Assembly: GCA_951406725.2 (NCBI GenBank)
Contig: OX597823.1
Location: 18,786,001 to 18,850,000 of the forward strand
Reading direction: 5' to 3'
Length of the DNA: 64,000 bases
Source: Octopus vulgaris
Lineage: Eukaryota
Within the stretch, counting starts at the first letter, position 1. Each line of letters opens with the position of its first letter. Shown in pieces: positions 12,556 through 26,220 of the stretch. The notes below the pieces were generated by a model that did not search any database, was not told the DNA's origin, and worked only from the letters and a program-made list of their open reading frames with translations. Both the position numbers and the translations under genes were made by a program.

Positions 12556-12792
12556 TAAAATAGAAAAGGAGGTTAAACTGAAGGATTGCAGTGGAGGGGG
12601 GGAATACGGAGTGAAAATAGTGATTGAGAGAGAGGGGGAATGTGAAAAAGAGAGAGAGAGAGAGAGAGAGAAGCAGAGAGACAGAAAGAAACAAAGTGAG
12701 GGGTAGGGTGAGAAAAAAGAAATTTTGATTGTGTTTGTGTTAATAGATAACAAAATGCGTTAGTCTTTCATTAGAGCCAGTATAGTTTTGAG

Positions 12793-12795
12793 CTG

Positions 12796-12850
<55 letters not shown>

Positions 12851-12932
12851 CACTACTATTACTACTACTACTACTACTATTACTACTACTACTACTACTA
12901 CTAAATATATTTCCAGGGTGGTCGTGGTGGTG

Positions 12933-13006
<74 letters not shown>

Positions 13007-13043
13007 AGTGGTGGTAGTAGTAGTAGTAGTAATAGTAGTATGG

Positions 13044-13075
<32 letters not shown>

Positions 13076-13191
13076 GGTGGTAGTTGTAGTAGCAGTAGTA
13101 ATAGTAGTAGTAGTAGTAGTAGTAGTAGTAGCAGTGGTGGTGGTGGTGGTAGTAGTAGTAGTAGTAATAGTAGTATGGGTAGCAGTAGTAA

Positions 13192-13270
<79 letters not shown>

Positions 13271-13390
13271 GGTAGTGGTGGTAGTGGTAGTAGTAGTAGT
13301 ATCTGTCCTTGTAGTTAGTATGGTGGCGGTGGCTGGTAATGGAGACGGTGATGGTCGTCACGGTACAAGGTGGTGGTGGTGGTGGTGATG
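12793..13390. repeat. Opposed (CTA/CCA)n and (TAG/TGG)n microsatellites
   Basis: Directly visible. Explains the poly-Y, poly-V and poly-S ORFs. Confidence 0.95.
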
Positions 13391-13544
13391 TTGGAGGCGA
13401 CGGCGGCGATAAGGAAGGGGCGACAATTACATCGTAAGGATTCCAGGTGGCGACAGCGGAGCGCGGTGACAGTACGAATCCAGCTGTAGTGAAGTATCAG
13501 CAACAGATGGGAAGATATATATATATATATACATACATTCATAC

Positions 13545-13655
<111 letters not shown>

Positions 13656-13707
13656 AATATAAACACATGCATACTATATATGTTTATATGCATATGTGAA
13701 TGTATGC

Positions 13708-13739
<32 letters not shown>

Positions 13740-13742
13740 ATG

Positions 13743-13781
<39 letters not shown>

Positions 13782-13898
13782 TAATACACCTGCTTGTTGT
13801 TCATACACCTGTCTTCGTCTTTTGTTTTTCTGTAAATTTCAACTATACTGTGTGTTTCTTAAATGGCTTACAAACACCTTCCACGCTGCAATTGTCAA

Positions 13899-13932
<34 letters not shown>

Positions 13933-14377
13933 GTCTGTCTGTCTATCGTTTTGCATATATATATATATGCAAAACGATAGATAGATAGATAGATATGAAA
14001 GTACCCACTACATAAATCTGAGTACACGTACTTTATTGGTTGGCGAAACTTTTTTGGATCGTAGCTCCGAGTTTCACGTTAAGTTTACCGAGTATACAAA
14101 CGTTGAAATATTCGCGAGCGTCAAACTCTGTGTTACAATTCAAAAACTTCAGCTGACATTACTACTACGACGACGACGACCATCACCACCACCACCACTA
14201 CTACTACTACTACTAATGGTCGTAATAGTGTTGGTGGAGGCGGTCGGCAGTGGTGAGAGGAAGAGAATACTATTTTGATCTCTCTCCTTCCTTCCTTTAC
14301 TTCCCCTTCCCATTTGTCCCTCTCCCTCTCTTGTTTTGTCTTTTTTTTTTCCTATTTCCCACTGTCTACTCTACTGA

Positions 14378-14434
<57 letters not shown>

Positions 14435-14737
14435 GCATACACACACACACACGCACACACACACACACACACGCAAGCGCTCCCCAGGTTGTGAAGAGAC
14501 TGTAGTCTGTCAAGCGACTGCCGCCGTGCCACACCCTCTCGCATTGTCATTTCATTCTTAATTCCTCTCTCACTCTCCCTCACTCTCACTCTCCCTCACT
14601 CTCCCTCACTCTCCCTCACTCTCACTCTCCCTCACTCTCTCTCTCTCTCTTGCTCCCACTCTCTCTTTCTCTCTCTTCTCTCTGTCCTCATGCCTCTGTG
14701 TTGCACACAGAAACGACCTTCACTCTTACCAGTATCA

Positions 14738-15062
14738 TAGAGCGTCGAGCTTACGATCGTGAGGTTGCGAGTTCGAATCCCGGACCGAGCTGAGTGTTGT
14801 GTTCTTGAGCAAGACACTTTATTTCACATTGATCCAGTTCACTCAGCGTGCAAGTAAGTGGCTGAGCACTCCATGCACGTGTACCCTTAACGTAGTTCTC
14901 AAGGGGACACAGAGTGTGACAAGGCCCTTGTACCTTTGAAGTACAGGTACAACGCATTTTTGCCAGCTGAGTGGACAGAGACAAATAAAGTGTTGCCGGG
15001 AATTGAACTCACGACTTTACGATCGTAAGCTGAATGCTCTAACCACTAAGCCACACGCTTTC
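14738..15062. mobile_element. SINE D head (+, 14738-14847) fused to inverted SINE C (-, 14848-15062)
   Basis: GAGTTCGAATCCCGGACC...CTTGAGCAAGACACTTT on +, then the reverse complement of the family C body and head. Confidence 0.7.
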
Positions 15063-15129
15063 ACACACACACACACATACACACACACACATACACACAC
15101 ACACACACACACGCACATATATATATATA

Positions 15130-15533
15130 CTCTTTTACTCTTTTACTCTTTTACTTGTTTCAGTCATTTGACTGGGCCATGCTGGAGCACCGCCTTTAGT
15201 CGAGCAACTCGACCCCGGGACTTATTCTTTGTAAGCCCAGTACTTATTCTATCGGTCTCTTTTGTCGAACCGCTAAGTGACGGGGACCTAAACACACCAG
15301 CATCGGTTGTCAAGCAATGCTAGGAGGACAAACACAGACACACAAACACACACACACACATACACATACATATAAATACATATATACGACAGGCTTCTTT
15401 CAGTTTCCGTCTACCAAATCCACTCACAAGGCATTGGTCGGCCCGGGGCTATAGCAGAAGACACTTGCCCATGATGCCACGCAGTGGGACTGAACCCGGA
15501 ACCATGTGGTTGGTTAGTAAGCTACTTACCACA
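15130..15533 (-). mobile_element. SINE family A
   Basis: Tail, central microsatellite and most of the head. The extreme 5' end is lost next to the 15541 element. Confidence 0.85.
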
Positions 15534-15540
15534 CATATAT

Positions 15541-15715
15541 ATACAAAGGGAAAGTTTACGAAAATAAGCAAAAGACGAAGACAGGTGGAGTACAAACAAA
15601 TAAATGTATTAGTATAGCGCTCAGGAATAGAAATACAAAAAAGTCTTTTACGTTTCGAGTCTACGCTCTTCGACAGAAAGATACACAGAAAAAAACAAGG
15701 AGAGAAAAAAATGCG

Positions 15716-15720
<5 letters not shown>
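15541..15720 (-). mobile_element. Hammerhead-variant-containing element (probable Penelope-like pLTR) in (TA)n
   Basis: Minus strand TCTTT-CTGTCGA-A-GAG...CTC-GAAAC-GTA-AAAGA at 15644-15681. Shares the GCTCAGGAA motif with the 4996 family. Related fragment at 13780-13845. Confidence 0.6.
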
Positions 15721-15788
<68 letters not shown>

Positions 15789-15920
15789 CACTGCACATTA
15801 CTCTGCCTTTGGTATTCGAGTACTATTTTCTCTGCTTTGTTTTGCATCCATGTCCTAACATGATAATTACTTATAGATACATACATTTTTGTACGTGCGT
15901 ATGTGTGTGTGTGAGTGTGC

Positions 15921-15966
<46 letters not shown>

Positions 15967-16069
15967 GTACATGGAAACGTGTGTAAACATGTATGTACAA
16001 GCATATGTATATGCACATGCATCTGGACCTGTGCATGGACAGCATAGCACATGTGGGTGTGCATGCTGA

Positions 16070-16800
16070 ACTTCTTAAATGTTTTACACATTTTGAAAAT
16101 ACCTTTGATAACTCGTAATTAATTGACAACTTGGTTAGATGTGGTATTTCTGGTTTTTATGGTTCCCCTCTTTTCACAATTCGTACTGAAGCAGTTAATC
16201 ACGTAGCCAAATCTCCAATAATTATTGGTGGAAATCTAAATTGATAGTCTGCATAGAATAACTGCTGATTTCTCATCAGTTCAGAAATCATGTTTCTTTC
16301 TCAGTAATCTTTAACATCATGCTGACATGTGTTGCGTAGCTGATTCCAATTGCTATGCACTGTTTCTTTTCTCTGTTCCAGATAATTTATGACTGGTATT
16401 TTATGCCAGCCTTTTACCGGAGTCTTGACAGGCACAATTCACAGGTTTTCTTCTATGTTATATGTGGTTATGCCCTCCAACCGCTGAGCCTCTTGGCTTC
16501 CTCGTGATTATCTTTTTCCACGGAGTTCATTATATAATGTTCTTGCTCCGGCATCAAATATCACAGGTAGTTTTGAGTGATAACACTTTGTGACAGCTAC
16601 ATAATTTCATGGAACCTGCATTGGTTTTGTGCGGCAGGCATTTTGTTATAATTTCCTGCTCTTGTATTGATTGTAAAAGCGAATCCTTCGAAGTGAAAGC
16701 TAATGTCGCAGTTATCTGTTCCGTCGAATAGACTACTTTGGTTGCCAGTCTTGCTGTCACTTTGAAGCCTTCCAGGAATATATTGAAGTATGAGCTTTGG
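16070..16800 (-). pseudogene. Heavily degraded 3' part of an RLE-type LINE (old family)
   Basis: Minus-strand peptides IQEQEIITKCL, ARTLYNELR, IIWNREKKQC, YADYQFRFPPIIIG and MCKTFKKF parallel those at 22090-22806. Confidence 0.6.
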
Positions 16801-16804
16801 CCGG

Positions 16805-16845
<41 letters not shown>

Positions 16846-16849
16846 CCTT

Positions 16850-17078
16850 TTTTACTCTTTTGCTTGTTTCAGTCATTTGACTGTGGCCATGCTGGAGCAC
16901 CGCCTTTAGTCGAGCACATCGACCCCAGGACTTATTCTTTGTAAGCCTAGTACTTATTCTATCGGTCTCTCTTGCCGAACCGATGAGTTACAGAGACGTA
17001 AACACACCAGCATTGGTTGTCAAACGATGTTGGTGGGGAGAAACACAAACGCGCAAACATATACACACACATACATAC

Positions 17079-17132
<54 letters not shown>

Positions 17133-17284
17133 CGACAGGCTTCATTCAGTTTCCATCCACTCACAAGGCTTTGGTCGGTCCGAGGCTATAGTAGTAGACA
17201 CGTATCCAAGGTGCCACGCAGTGGGCTGAACCCGGAACCATGCGGTTTGTAAGTAAGCTACTTACCATACAGCCACTCTTACGC
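16850..17284 (-). mobile_element. SINE family A
   Basis: Full match with a small internal deletion. Confidence 0.85.
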
Positions 17285-17292
17285 TTATATTT

Positions 17293-17347
<55 letters not shown>

Positions 17348-17785
17348 TAATATAGGATAAAATGTTTCGAAAATTTTTTTATCCTATATTAGATGGCCAG
17401 CATATTAAATTTAACCTTTATGTGTGTGTATGTGTGTGTGTGTGAGTGTGTGTGTATGTATGTATGTATGTATGTATGTATGTATGTATGTATGTATGTA
17501 TGTATGTATGTATGTATATGTAGTCTATGTTCTGATTGTAATAGATTTGTGCAGCCTCTCTGAGTGTAAATCCTAGGGCATCTGTCAGGGAACACTTTCT
17601 GTGAAGTTCTTTTCTGTCCAACAGACTTATAATTATTCGGTCAATTGTACTAAATGATGTCTCAACACAAAATGGATGATCGATGTCTTGTGTAATATCG
17701 ACAGTATGGGGAAACAATGAAATAATGACATCGATTGCAATTTTTGTAATACTAGCATATTTGGATTCCCTGCAAAAAACAAACA

Positions 17786-17956
17786 GACGTAGGAGTGGCT
17801 GTGTGGTAAGTAGCTTGTTTACCAACCACATGGTTCCGGGTTCAGTCCCACTGCGTGGCACCTTGGGCAAGTGTCTTCTACTATAGCCTCGGGCCGACCA
17901 AAGCCTTGTGAGTGGATTTGGTAGACGGAAACTGAAAGAAGCCTGTCGTATATATG

Positions 17957-18002
<46 letters not shown>

Positions 18003-18228
18003 TGTGTCTGTGTTTGTCCCCGTAGCATTGCTTGACAACCGATGCTGGTGTGTTTATGTTCCCGTTACTTAGCGGTTCGGCAAAGGAGACCGATAGAATA
18101 AGTACTGGGCTTACAAAAAGAATAAGTCCCGGGGTCGAGTTGCTCGATTAAAGGCGGTGCTCCAGCATGGCCGCAGTCAAATGACTGAAACAAGTAAAAG
18201 AGTAAAAGAGTAAAAGAGTAAAAAAGAG
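17786..18228 (+). mobile_element. SINE family A, well-preserved full-length copy
   Basis: A/B boxes, CORE-like block, (TG)n centre, (GTAAAAGA)3 tail. Confidence 0.9.
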
Positions 18229-18343
18229 ACTGCTGAACCAAAACTGGTATTCCTCATGTAGAGCACATCCACATTATGAAACAATGCCCAATTTCTCCCT
18301 CCAAATTTCGTGGTGTGTATTTACCTTATGGTAGTTTATAAAT

Positions 18344-18875
18344 GTGAAGGCGCATGGCTCAGTGGTTAGAGCTTCGAGTGGTAGATCCACGTTTCGGCCG
18401 CTTGTCCGTATCGTTTTGATTGAATGGTTACTTAAGTTGATATATAAAAAAAGATAGAGTGGTTGTATACTGTCAACTTAACGTGACAGACCCGTATGGG
18501 AATTACAACACCGCTGTTTAGCCCTAGGAAGCATCGAACGCTTCCTGTCGGCTTTGACAACATTTTCTGATCATGAGGTTGTGAGTACGAATCCCGGACC
18601 GGTCTGCGTGTTGTGTTCTTGAGCAAGACACTTTATTTCACGTTGCTCCAGTTCACTCAGCTGTAGAAATGGGTTGCGACGTCACAGGTGTCAAGCTATA
18701 TCGGCCTTTGCCTTTCCCTTGGATAACATCGGTAGCGTGAAGAGGGGAGACTGGTATGCATGGGCGACTGCTGGTCTTCGATAAACTACCTTGCCCGGAC
18801 TTGTGCCTGGTCGGGTAGCTTTCTAGGTGCAATCCCACGGTCCATCATGACCGAAGGGGGTCTCAGCATCAGCTG
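18344..18875 (+). mobile_element. tRNA-derived SINE family D with an ~190 bp insertion in the tRNA head
   Basis: GGCGCATGGCTCAGTGGTTAGAGC head; core shared with family C; distinct tail ending CATGACCGAAGGGGGTCT. 11-bp TSD AGTTTATAAAT at 18333-18343 and 18876-18886. Confidence 0.8.
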
Positions 18876-19015
18876 AGTTTATAAATATTATCGAAGGAAT
18901 ATATTGTAACATTCAAGAAAATCTTTGAATTGTGTTAAATATCTGCCGCCTTGTCTCTGTTTTAAGTAGAGGCGATCTGTATCAATGTAGGTGTGGAAAT
19001 TCCTGGTATGGGTTA

Positions 19016-19184
19016 TACGTTCTGAGTTCAAATTCCGCCGAGGTCGACTTTGCCTTTCATCCTTTCGGGGTCGATAAATAAAGTACTAGTTAGGCACTGG
19101 GGTCGATGTAATCGACTTAATACCTATGTCTGTCTTTGTTTGTCTCCTCTGTGTTTAGCCCCTTGTGGGCAATAAAGAAATAGG
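19016..19184 (+). mobile_element. SINE family B, 5'-truncated
   Basis: Match to family B. Confidence 0.85.
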
Positions 19185-19704
19185 TATGGGTTAATAACAT
19201 TCGGGTTTTAACATCAATTAGCTGTTCATCTAGCGTCTGATCGAATAACCTAAAAGTTAGTATGAGTATTATTAATATAGCAAATACATTGAGGGCTATT
19301 GATTTTAATGTATGAGGTAAGTTCTGAGGACCATATTTCTTTGTCCTTGTGTTATATTCCTTGGTCACGTGTTCCTTTTTTACACAATCCATCACAGATG
19401 TTTTCCTTTGATTCTTTTCCCGTCGTTAATGCCGTTGCTTCCAGTCACGTTATTCGTAGTAAATTCCAATGTGGTAGATTCACGTGTCAGCCGCTTATCC
19501 GTATCATTTTGATTGAATGGTTACTTAAGTTGATATATATATAAAAAAAATAGCCAATTATTTAACAAGGTTTGGCAATTGTGGCCTTAATACTGCAGAA
19601 AGTATTCATTTTATGTTTAAGGAATAGTCTCTTCCATATGGAGCTTCTCCCACCAAATGTATGTTTGTATGCATGGATGTATGTATGGATGTATGTATGT
19701 ATGT

Positions 19705-19921
19705 AAAGTTAATCCAAACAAGAAAGCACAAAAAAAAACACAACAACGCGTGGATGTGGAACAAATATAGTATTATTGGACGCTCAGGAAAGAAGGAAAG
19801 AAGGAGGGTTTAACGTTTCGAGCGGAGCTCTTCGTCAGAAACATAGGAGAAGGAAAGATCCAGAGAAGGGAAGACAGAGGTAAAAAAATCGCCAACGGTA
19901 CACACGCGGTCACATTTTGAA
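19705..19921 (-). mobile_element. ~220 bp hammerhead-containing element, second copy
   Basis: Same ends as 4996-5214. Hammerhead at 19808-19842 with perfect stem I GTTT/AAAC. Confidence 0.7.
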
Positions 19922-19992
19922 TGTATGTATGGATGGATGGATGGATGGATGGACGGACGGAAGGAGGAGGAATAGGGAGATGCATGAGTACA

Positions 19993-20185
19993 TTCTTTTG
20001 TTCTTTTATTTGTTTCAGTCATTTGACTGCGGCCATTCTGGAGCACCGCCTTTAGTCGAGCAAATCGACCCCAGGACTTATTCTTTGTATCGATCCCTCT
20101 TGCCGAACCGCTAAGTGACGGGGACGTAAACACACCAGCATCGGTTGTCAAGCGAAGTTGGGGGGACAAACACAAACACACAAAC

Positions 20186-20249
<64 letters not shown>

Positions 20250-20462
20250 TCATTATATACATATATATATATATATTTATATATATATATATATACATAC
20301 GACGGGCTTCTTTCAGTTTCCGTCTACGAAATCCACTCACAAGGCTTTGGTCGGCCCGAGGCTATAGTAAAAAACACTTGCCCAAGGTGCCACCAGTGGG
20401 ACTGAACCTGGAAATATGTGGTTGGTAAGCAAGCTACTTACCACACAGCCACTCCTGAGCCT
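19993..20462 (-). mobile_element. SINE family A
   Basis: Match to family A with a short internal deletion near 20090. Confidence 0.85.
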
Positions 20463-21106
20463 ACATGTAAGTATATATTATTTTTAAATACAGCTTCTCA
20501 CGCAAGAGACTGAATCCATGTTGTCACAGTCCCTCCCATACTGACCAATTGGACGTGACTGATATTCAGCTTGAATAATTGAAGGCAATCACCGATGAAA
20601 ACCCGTGGCGGGAAGGGATTTCTGTAATACAGAGACAGATATGGCTAACACACCACAGTACTGCCTGACTCAGTAATTAACACAATCACCAAACACACTA
20701 AGCTCATTGGCTATTACAAATAGTGGGAGATCAAAGATTATTGTGACAGTAATATTTATTCTTAAATACCATGTCATACATAAGCGGCCTTCACTATGGT
20801 CAAAGAGCACAACTCTCTCCATTGCTTTCATGAGTCTTACTGTTGGTCATTTCCTTGTCCCCGTGCACAGTTGCTAGATAGACATTATCTCTGGATTCAT
20901 TCGTTCTTTTGATAGGTCTTCAGATCTTATTTTTCTTTTTTTTTTAAATTTTTGTCTTGCCGTATTTGTAGCAATCCCTCTACATTGGGCTGGCTAATAC
21001 AGACATGTCTCGGTTTGATCGATGAATACTCGACGATGTAACAAGGTGTACTAGGTTACATGTTAGCAACTGCACTCACGAATGACCAGATATTAGATTG
21101 ATAGAT

Positions 21107-21176
<70 letters not shown>

Positions 21177-21182
21177 TATATG

Positions 21183-21413
21183 TTTCTTTATTGCCCACAA
21201 GGGGCTAAACATAGAGGGGACAAACAAGGACAGACAAACGGATTAAGTCGATTACATCGACCCCAGTGCGTAACTGGTACTTAATTTATCGACCCCGAAA
21301 GGATGAAAGGCAAAGTCGACCTCGGCGGAATTTGAACTCAGAACGCAACGACAGACGCAATACCGCTAAGCATTTCGCCCGGTGTGCTAACGTTTCTGCC
21401 AGCTCGCCGCCTT
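21183..21413 (-). mobile_element. SINE family B, full length, within (GATA)n
   Basis: Head GGCGGCGAGCTGGCAGAAACGTTAGC through the AATAAAGAAA tail. Confidence 0.9.
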
Positions 21414-21427
21414 AGATAGATAGATAT

Positions 21428-21515
<88 letters not shown>

Positions 21516-21825
21516 GAATGGGAGAGAGACTGACAGACACACACACATACACACACACATACATATAGATACATACATACCTACATACATACATACAGAT
21601 ACATACAGATACATACAGCTACATACATACATACATACATACATACATACATACATACATACATACATACATACATACATACATACATACATACATACAT
21701 ACATACAATCTCAAAACAGCTGGACTAACATACCTCAAAGAAAAATTGGATGTGAAACGCTCAGCGTAGCAAAAATAACTAAGTATGTGTCTGTTTCCCG
21801 AGGCCTTGAAGATGACAGTAATATC

Positions 21826-22042
21826 GGTTTCAAATTTTGGCACAAGACCAGTAAGTTAGAGGCGAGGGAATAAGTCGATGACATCGACCCCAGTGATCAA
21901 GTGGTACTCATTTTTATCAACCCCAAAAGGATAAAAGGTAAAGTCAACCTTGGTGGAATTTGAACTCAGAACAAAAAGACAGACTAAATGCCGCTAAGTA
22001 TTTTTCCCGGCGCGCTAACGATTTCTGTTTGTTCGCCGCCTT
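21826..22042 (-). mobile_element. SINE family B variant
   Basis: Diverged core with the alternative 3' end. Confidence 0.7.
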
Positions 22043-22089
22043 GTAGAAGAAGACATGAAGCACCCCCTTTCTGAGACTCATGACAGCTA

Positions 22090-22806
22090 CATTACATCAC
22101 ACTTCGTAGGCTATGCATTTGCAATCCAAAAACAGAAGATTGCTACGGAATACCTAGTAAACGAAAGAGGCAGGAAAGCCCTTGGGGCTTCAAGATGCAA
22201 CCGAAAATGTAGATTATGTCATTTCTGTGGAAGATATCACATATGATTTATCAGCTGCCTGGAAACTTCATCAAGGTACTCACTCCCTATGCGATACGAC
22301 ATTGTCGCAAGAACACTATACAATGCCATTCGGAAAAGAAGACTGTTCTAGAATAAATATAGAATGAATATAGAGAATCCCCCTGATATTGAATACATAC
22401 AAAACGAGCAACGCAAGGAATATTGGCGGGACATTCCCTTCAAAATGTCTGTCAAGCGGAAACATAACAGGCCGCATATTGTTGTTTGAGACAGACAAGA
22501 ATAAGTATGTTCCGTCGTGGAGGTCAGCTGTCCTGCTGACGTGAATATCTCTTCGAAATTGAAAGAGAGAAAAGATAACTATGGACAAATGTTTCGAACT
22601 CTCCAGCTCCTATATCCAGATTACAAATTCACATTTGTACCAATAATAATCGATGGACTTGCTCTTGTGAGCAAATGCCTAAGCGACAATCTGGTAAGCC
22701 GGGATTTTCAGTAAGAGAAAACAATCAGCTAACTCGCACATTACAAATACAATCTGTAAGAGGAACAGTAAAACTATGCAAGACATTTCTCAAGTTTAAA
22801 ATATGA
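22090..22806 (+). pseudogene. Degraded 3' part of an RLE-type LINE (old family)
   Basis: Peptides GYAFAIQKQKIATEYL, CRLC zinc knuckle, MRYDIVARTL, HNRPHIVV, VEVSCPAD, RGTVKLCKTFLKF. Many frameshifts. Confidence 0.75.
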
Positions 22807-23252
22807 CATTGTTTTTGTTTTCTACGTCGGTGCTGTGTATTTATTAATTTTTACTAGGAAAAAGTCGACAGTGACTTCGAAGTTTCGGCTTACTCGTTGT
22901 GATCATTGGAGCATGCAAACAGATAAAAAGTTCTCAATGCACATACGAGAGTATATTCATTTATATTGACCTGATTCTTCGCTCCGTTGCAACTCTGGGT
23001 TTTAGGTCACAGTTTTCAATATACTAGATTTAGTGTTTATTTCTTACAACATTTATGGAGAGACCTCAGTACACATTTATAATACATGTGTGTGTGTGTG
23101 TGTGTTACAGTGTCTGTGCGTGTGCACGCACGCGTGTATGTGTGTAATGATAAGAGAATTATTTTCGGGTTATATCAGCAGTCTTTTGCAGGTAACCTGC
23201 CTACAGATTTTATAACTAAGTCCTAACACAAACTTGAGCTAAACTACATTTT

Positions 23253-23293
<41 letters not shown>

Positions 23294-23414
23294 GAGCTTA
23301 CGCATAAGATCTGAACTCTGAACCACTCTGCTCGTGTTTGATTTAGGATTAGTTAGCGGGAAGTTAACTGTTATAAGCTGCTGTCATATCCAGGAGAAAA
23401 TCTTTCATATATCA

Positions 23415-23811
23415 CTAGCAGTATTGCCCGGCATTGCTCGGGTTTGTAAGGGAAATAACTATATAAGCATTTTTAGAGATATAAAGTATAATAGCCATCT
23501 CAATATGGCTAACCACAAAGGGGGTGTGTTACTGTAGGTTTTTACGTTCTGAGATTTAATAATACATTTTTAGAGAGTTACTTCTCTTATATATGCCAAA
23601 AATGCATTAAAAATGGGAAAAATTGATGGTAAATTTTTTTTTTAGATCGTAGACTCATCGTAGACGCTCGCTAATACCCAGAAGGGCTCGATATGAATCA
23701 CGACTATAAGATACCCGGTTTTGGTTAAACTGCACCGCAAAATGTGGGAGTAGTTAGGAATCTAAATCGTAGGAGACAGACAGCACACAACCTCACTTTT
23801 ATATATAAAGA
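23415..23811 (-). mobile_element. Non-autonomous Helitron, subtype 1
   Basis: Minus strand 5'-TC...CCCGAGCAATGCCGGG hairpin...CTAG-3', inserted between A and T, no TSD. 5 copies in the window. Confidence 0.85.
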
Positions 23812-24060
23812 TTATAGCATACAAACAGTACAAGTGTGCATTGCTGTCATTTCATATTTCCATAATGTCCGCCTTCCTACATGAAAGAGGAACAGTAAAA
23901 ATATGTAAGACTTTTCTTACGTTCAAAATGTGAACTTATTTTCGTTATCTACATTCCAATGATGGAACTTCCTACCTTTTCGTAGAAACCAGCTCCTTCA
24001 TCACAGAAAGATTTCAAACAATTATAAATAAAGAACATATATACACAGATATCACTATCA

Positions 24061-24105
<45 letters not shown>

Positions 24106-24118
24106 AATATTAATATAC

Positions 24119-24184
<66 letters not shown>

Positions 24185-24216
24185 CAATATCTATCTATCC
24201 ATCTATCTATCTATCC

Positions 24217-24259
<43 letters not shown>

Positions 24260-24377
24260 CATCCATCCATCAATCCATCTAGCTAGCTATTTATGAGTCT
24301 ATCAATTTATCTATCTATCTATCCATCCATATATCTAGCTAACTAGCTAGCTATTTATGGATCTATTTCTCTTTCTT

Positions 24378-24435
<58 letters not shown>

Positions 24436-24594
24436 CATACATACATACATACATACATACATACATACATACATACATACATACATACATAATACATGCA
24501 TGCATACATACATAGACAGAGAGTCAGACATCTATCTATCTATTCATCTATCTATCTACCTATTTAACAAGCTATTTATGAATCTATCGATAGG

Positions 24595-24665
<71 letters not shown>

Positions 24666-25088
24666 TCAAACAGACATGCAGTATTGTCAGGTATACATGC
24701 GTCATGTTTAATTACTCATATTTGTATATGTTGACCTGAGAATCTCAATCAACCTAGCATATACAGAGTAACATTATAGATGTTCGTTTACCTATGGTTT
24801 CTCTACTTTACAACTGACCATGCCTGTCTTATTTTCTGTGGTTTTCCTTTTTGTTTTTTACCTTATTTGCTTTGGGTTTTTTTTTTAAAGCTGGCAGCAG
24901 GCATGGTTGTGTGATTAAGATGCTCACTTTGCCATCACGTGGTTTCGGATTCAGAAGCTGTGGACTCCTTCGGGCAGGCGACTTGTACTATAGTTCCGGG
25001 CAGACTGATGCAATGTGAGTGAATTTGGTGGACGGAAACTGCGTGAAAGCTCGTCGTATATACACTCATTTTTCATTTTATCATAAAA

Positions 25089-25477
25089 TCTTTATATATA
25101 AAAAAGAGGTTGTGTGCTGTCTGTCTCCTACGATTTAGATTCCTAACTACTCCCACATTTTGCGGTGCAGTTTAACCAAAACCGGGTATCTTATAGTCGT
25201 GATTTATATCGAGCCCTTCTGGGTATTAGCGCGCGTCTACGATTTAAAAAAAAATTTACCATCTTTTTTTCCCATTTTAATGCATTTTTCGCTATTATAT
25301 AAGGGAAGTAACTCTCTAAAAATGTCTACGATGAGTCAACGATTTTAAAAAAAAAATTACCATCATTTTTTTTCCATTTTTAATTCATTTTTTTCTATTT
25401 TTTGGCTATAACTCTCTAAAAATGCTTATATAGTTATTTCCCTTACAAACCCGAGCAACGCCGGGCGATACTGCTAG
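25089..25477 (+). mobile_element. Non-autonomous Helitron, subtype 2
   Basis: A|TCTTTATATA...CCCGAGCAACGCCGGG-CGATACTG-CTAG|T. Confidence 0.9.
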
Positions 25478-25559
25478 TGAAAAATAAAAAGTTTTAGGTT
25501 TTGTTTAATGAAAGTTTACAGACTGATTGGTATATTTACAGACAACATTTTACATATAT

Positions 25560-26220
25560 TTACAATTCAAAATGGCCACTCTTTGCTTCATCCTTAACCT
25601 ATAATATTTTCTCTCTATCGTTTGCTGGCAAACTCTGCTATTCACTTACACTCCTTCTTCAACGTGCACCAAGGGCGATTTCGAGCCATCGGAAGCAACA
25701 GCGGCCTAAACCACAACACCAGTTGGTTTCTGTTCCCTGGAATGTGTCCTGGAGCCTTTGATAGTTGACCACAGTCTCCACAATGAAAGATTCCCGTCCG
25801 ACCAAACGAATATTTTGTCTGCAGCACACTGTGTCGCCTTCAACATTCTCACCCTACTGTCAAGCCGTTTTTACTCGGGTGTCACTTGAGAGCAGCCATC
25901 ATCGAATCTTGCATGGTTTTTCCCTTAAATCCTCTTTCACAATAATCTTTAACAACCTACTCGAAATACTCAGCTCTTTCGCCATTTTCCTCACGCAAAT
26001 TTGTGGATTCCTTTTCATCCTCAATAACTCTTCTGATACGAACTGAACTGTTTCTTTCTGGAACTGTATTTGTTGAGGTTGACTCCATCTCTCGATATTT
26101 TTTCCACGGATTAAAAACAGTTTTTCTGCAAGCATTCAACTGTTTTATCCTCTCGCAGTCCTTTTATACCAGCCATTTCCAATACTTCAAACTATTCACG
26201 TTTTGTTTGAGCTGCCATAT
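25560..26220 (-). pseudogene. Degraded Tc1/mariner-superfamily transposase, DD37D/maT-like
   Basis: Minus-strand peptides KRNPQICVRKMAKELSISSRLLKIIVKEDL, FVWSD, AAVASDGSKSPLVHVEEGV-VNS and C-terminal AKSGHFEL*. Much of the catalytic domain is deleted. Confidence 0.7.
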
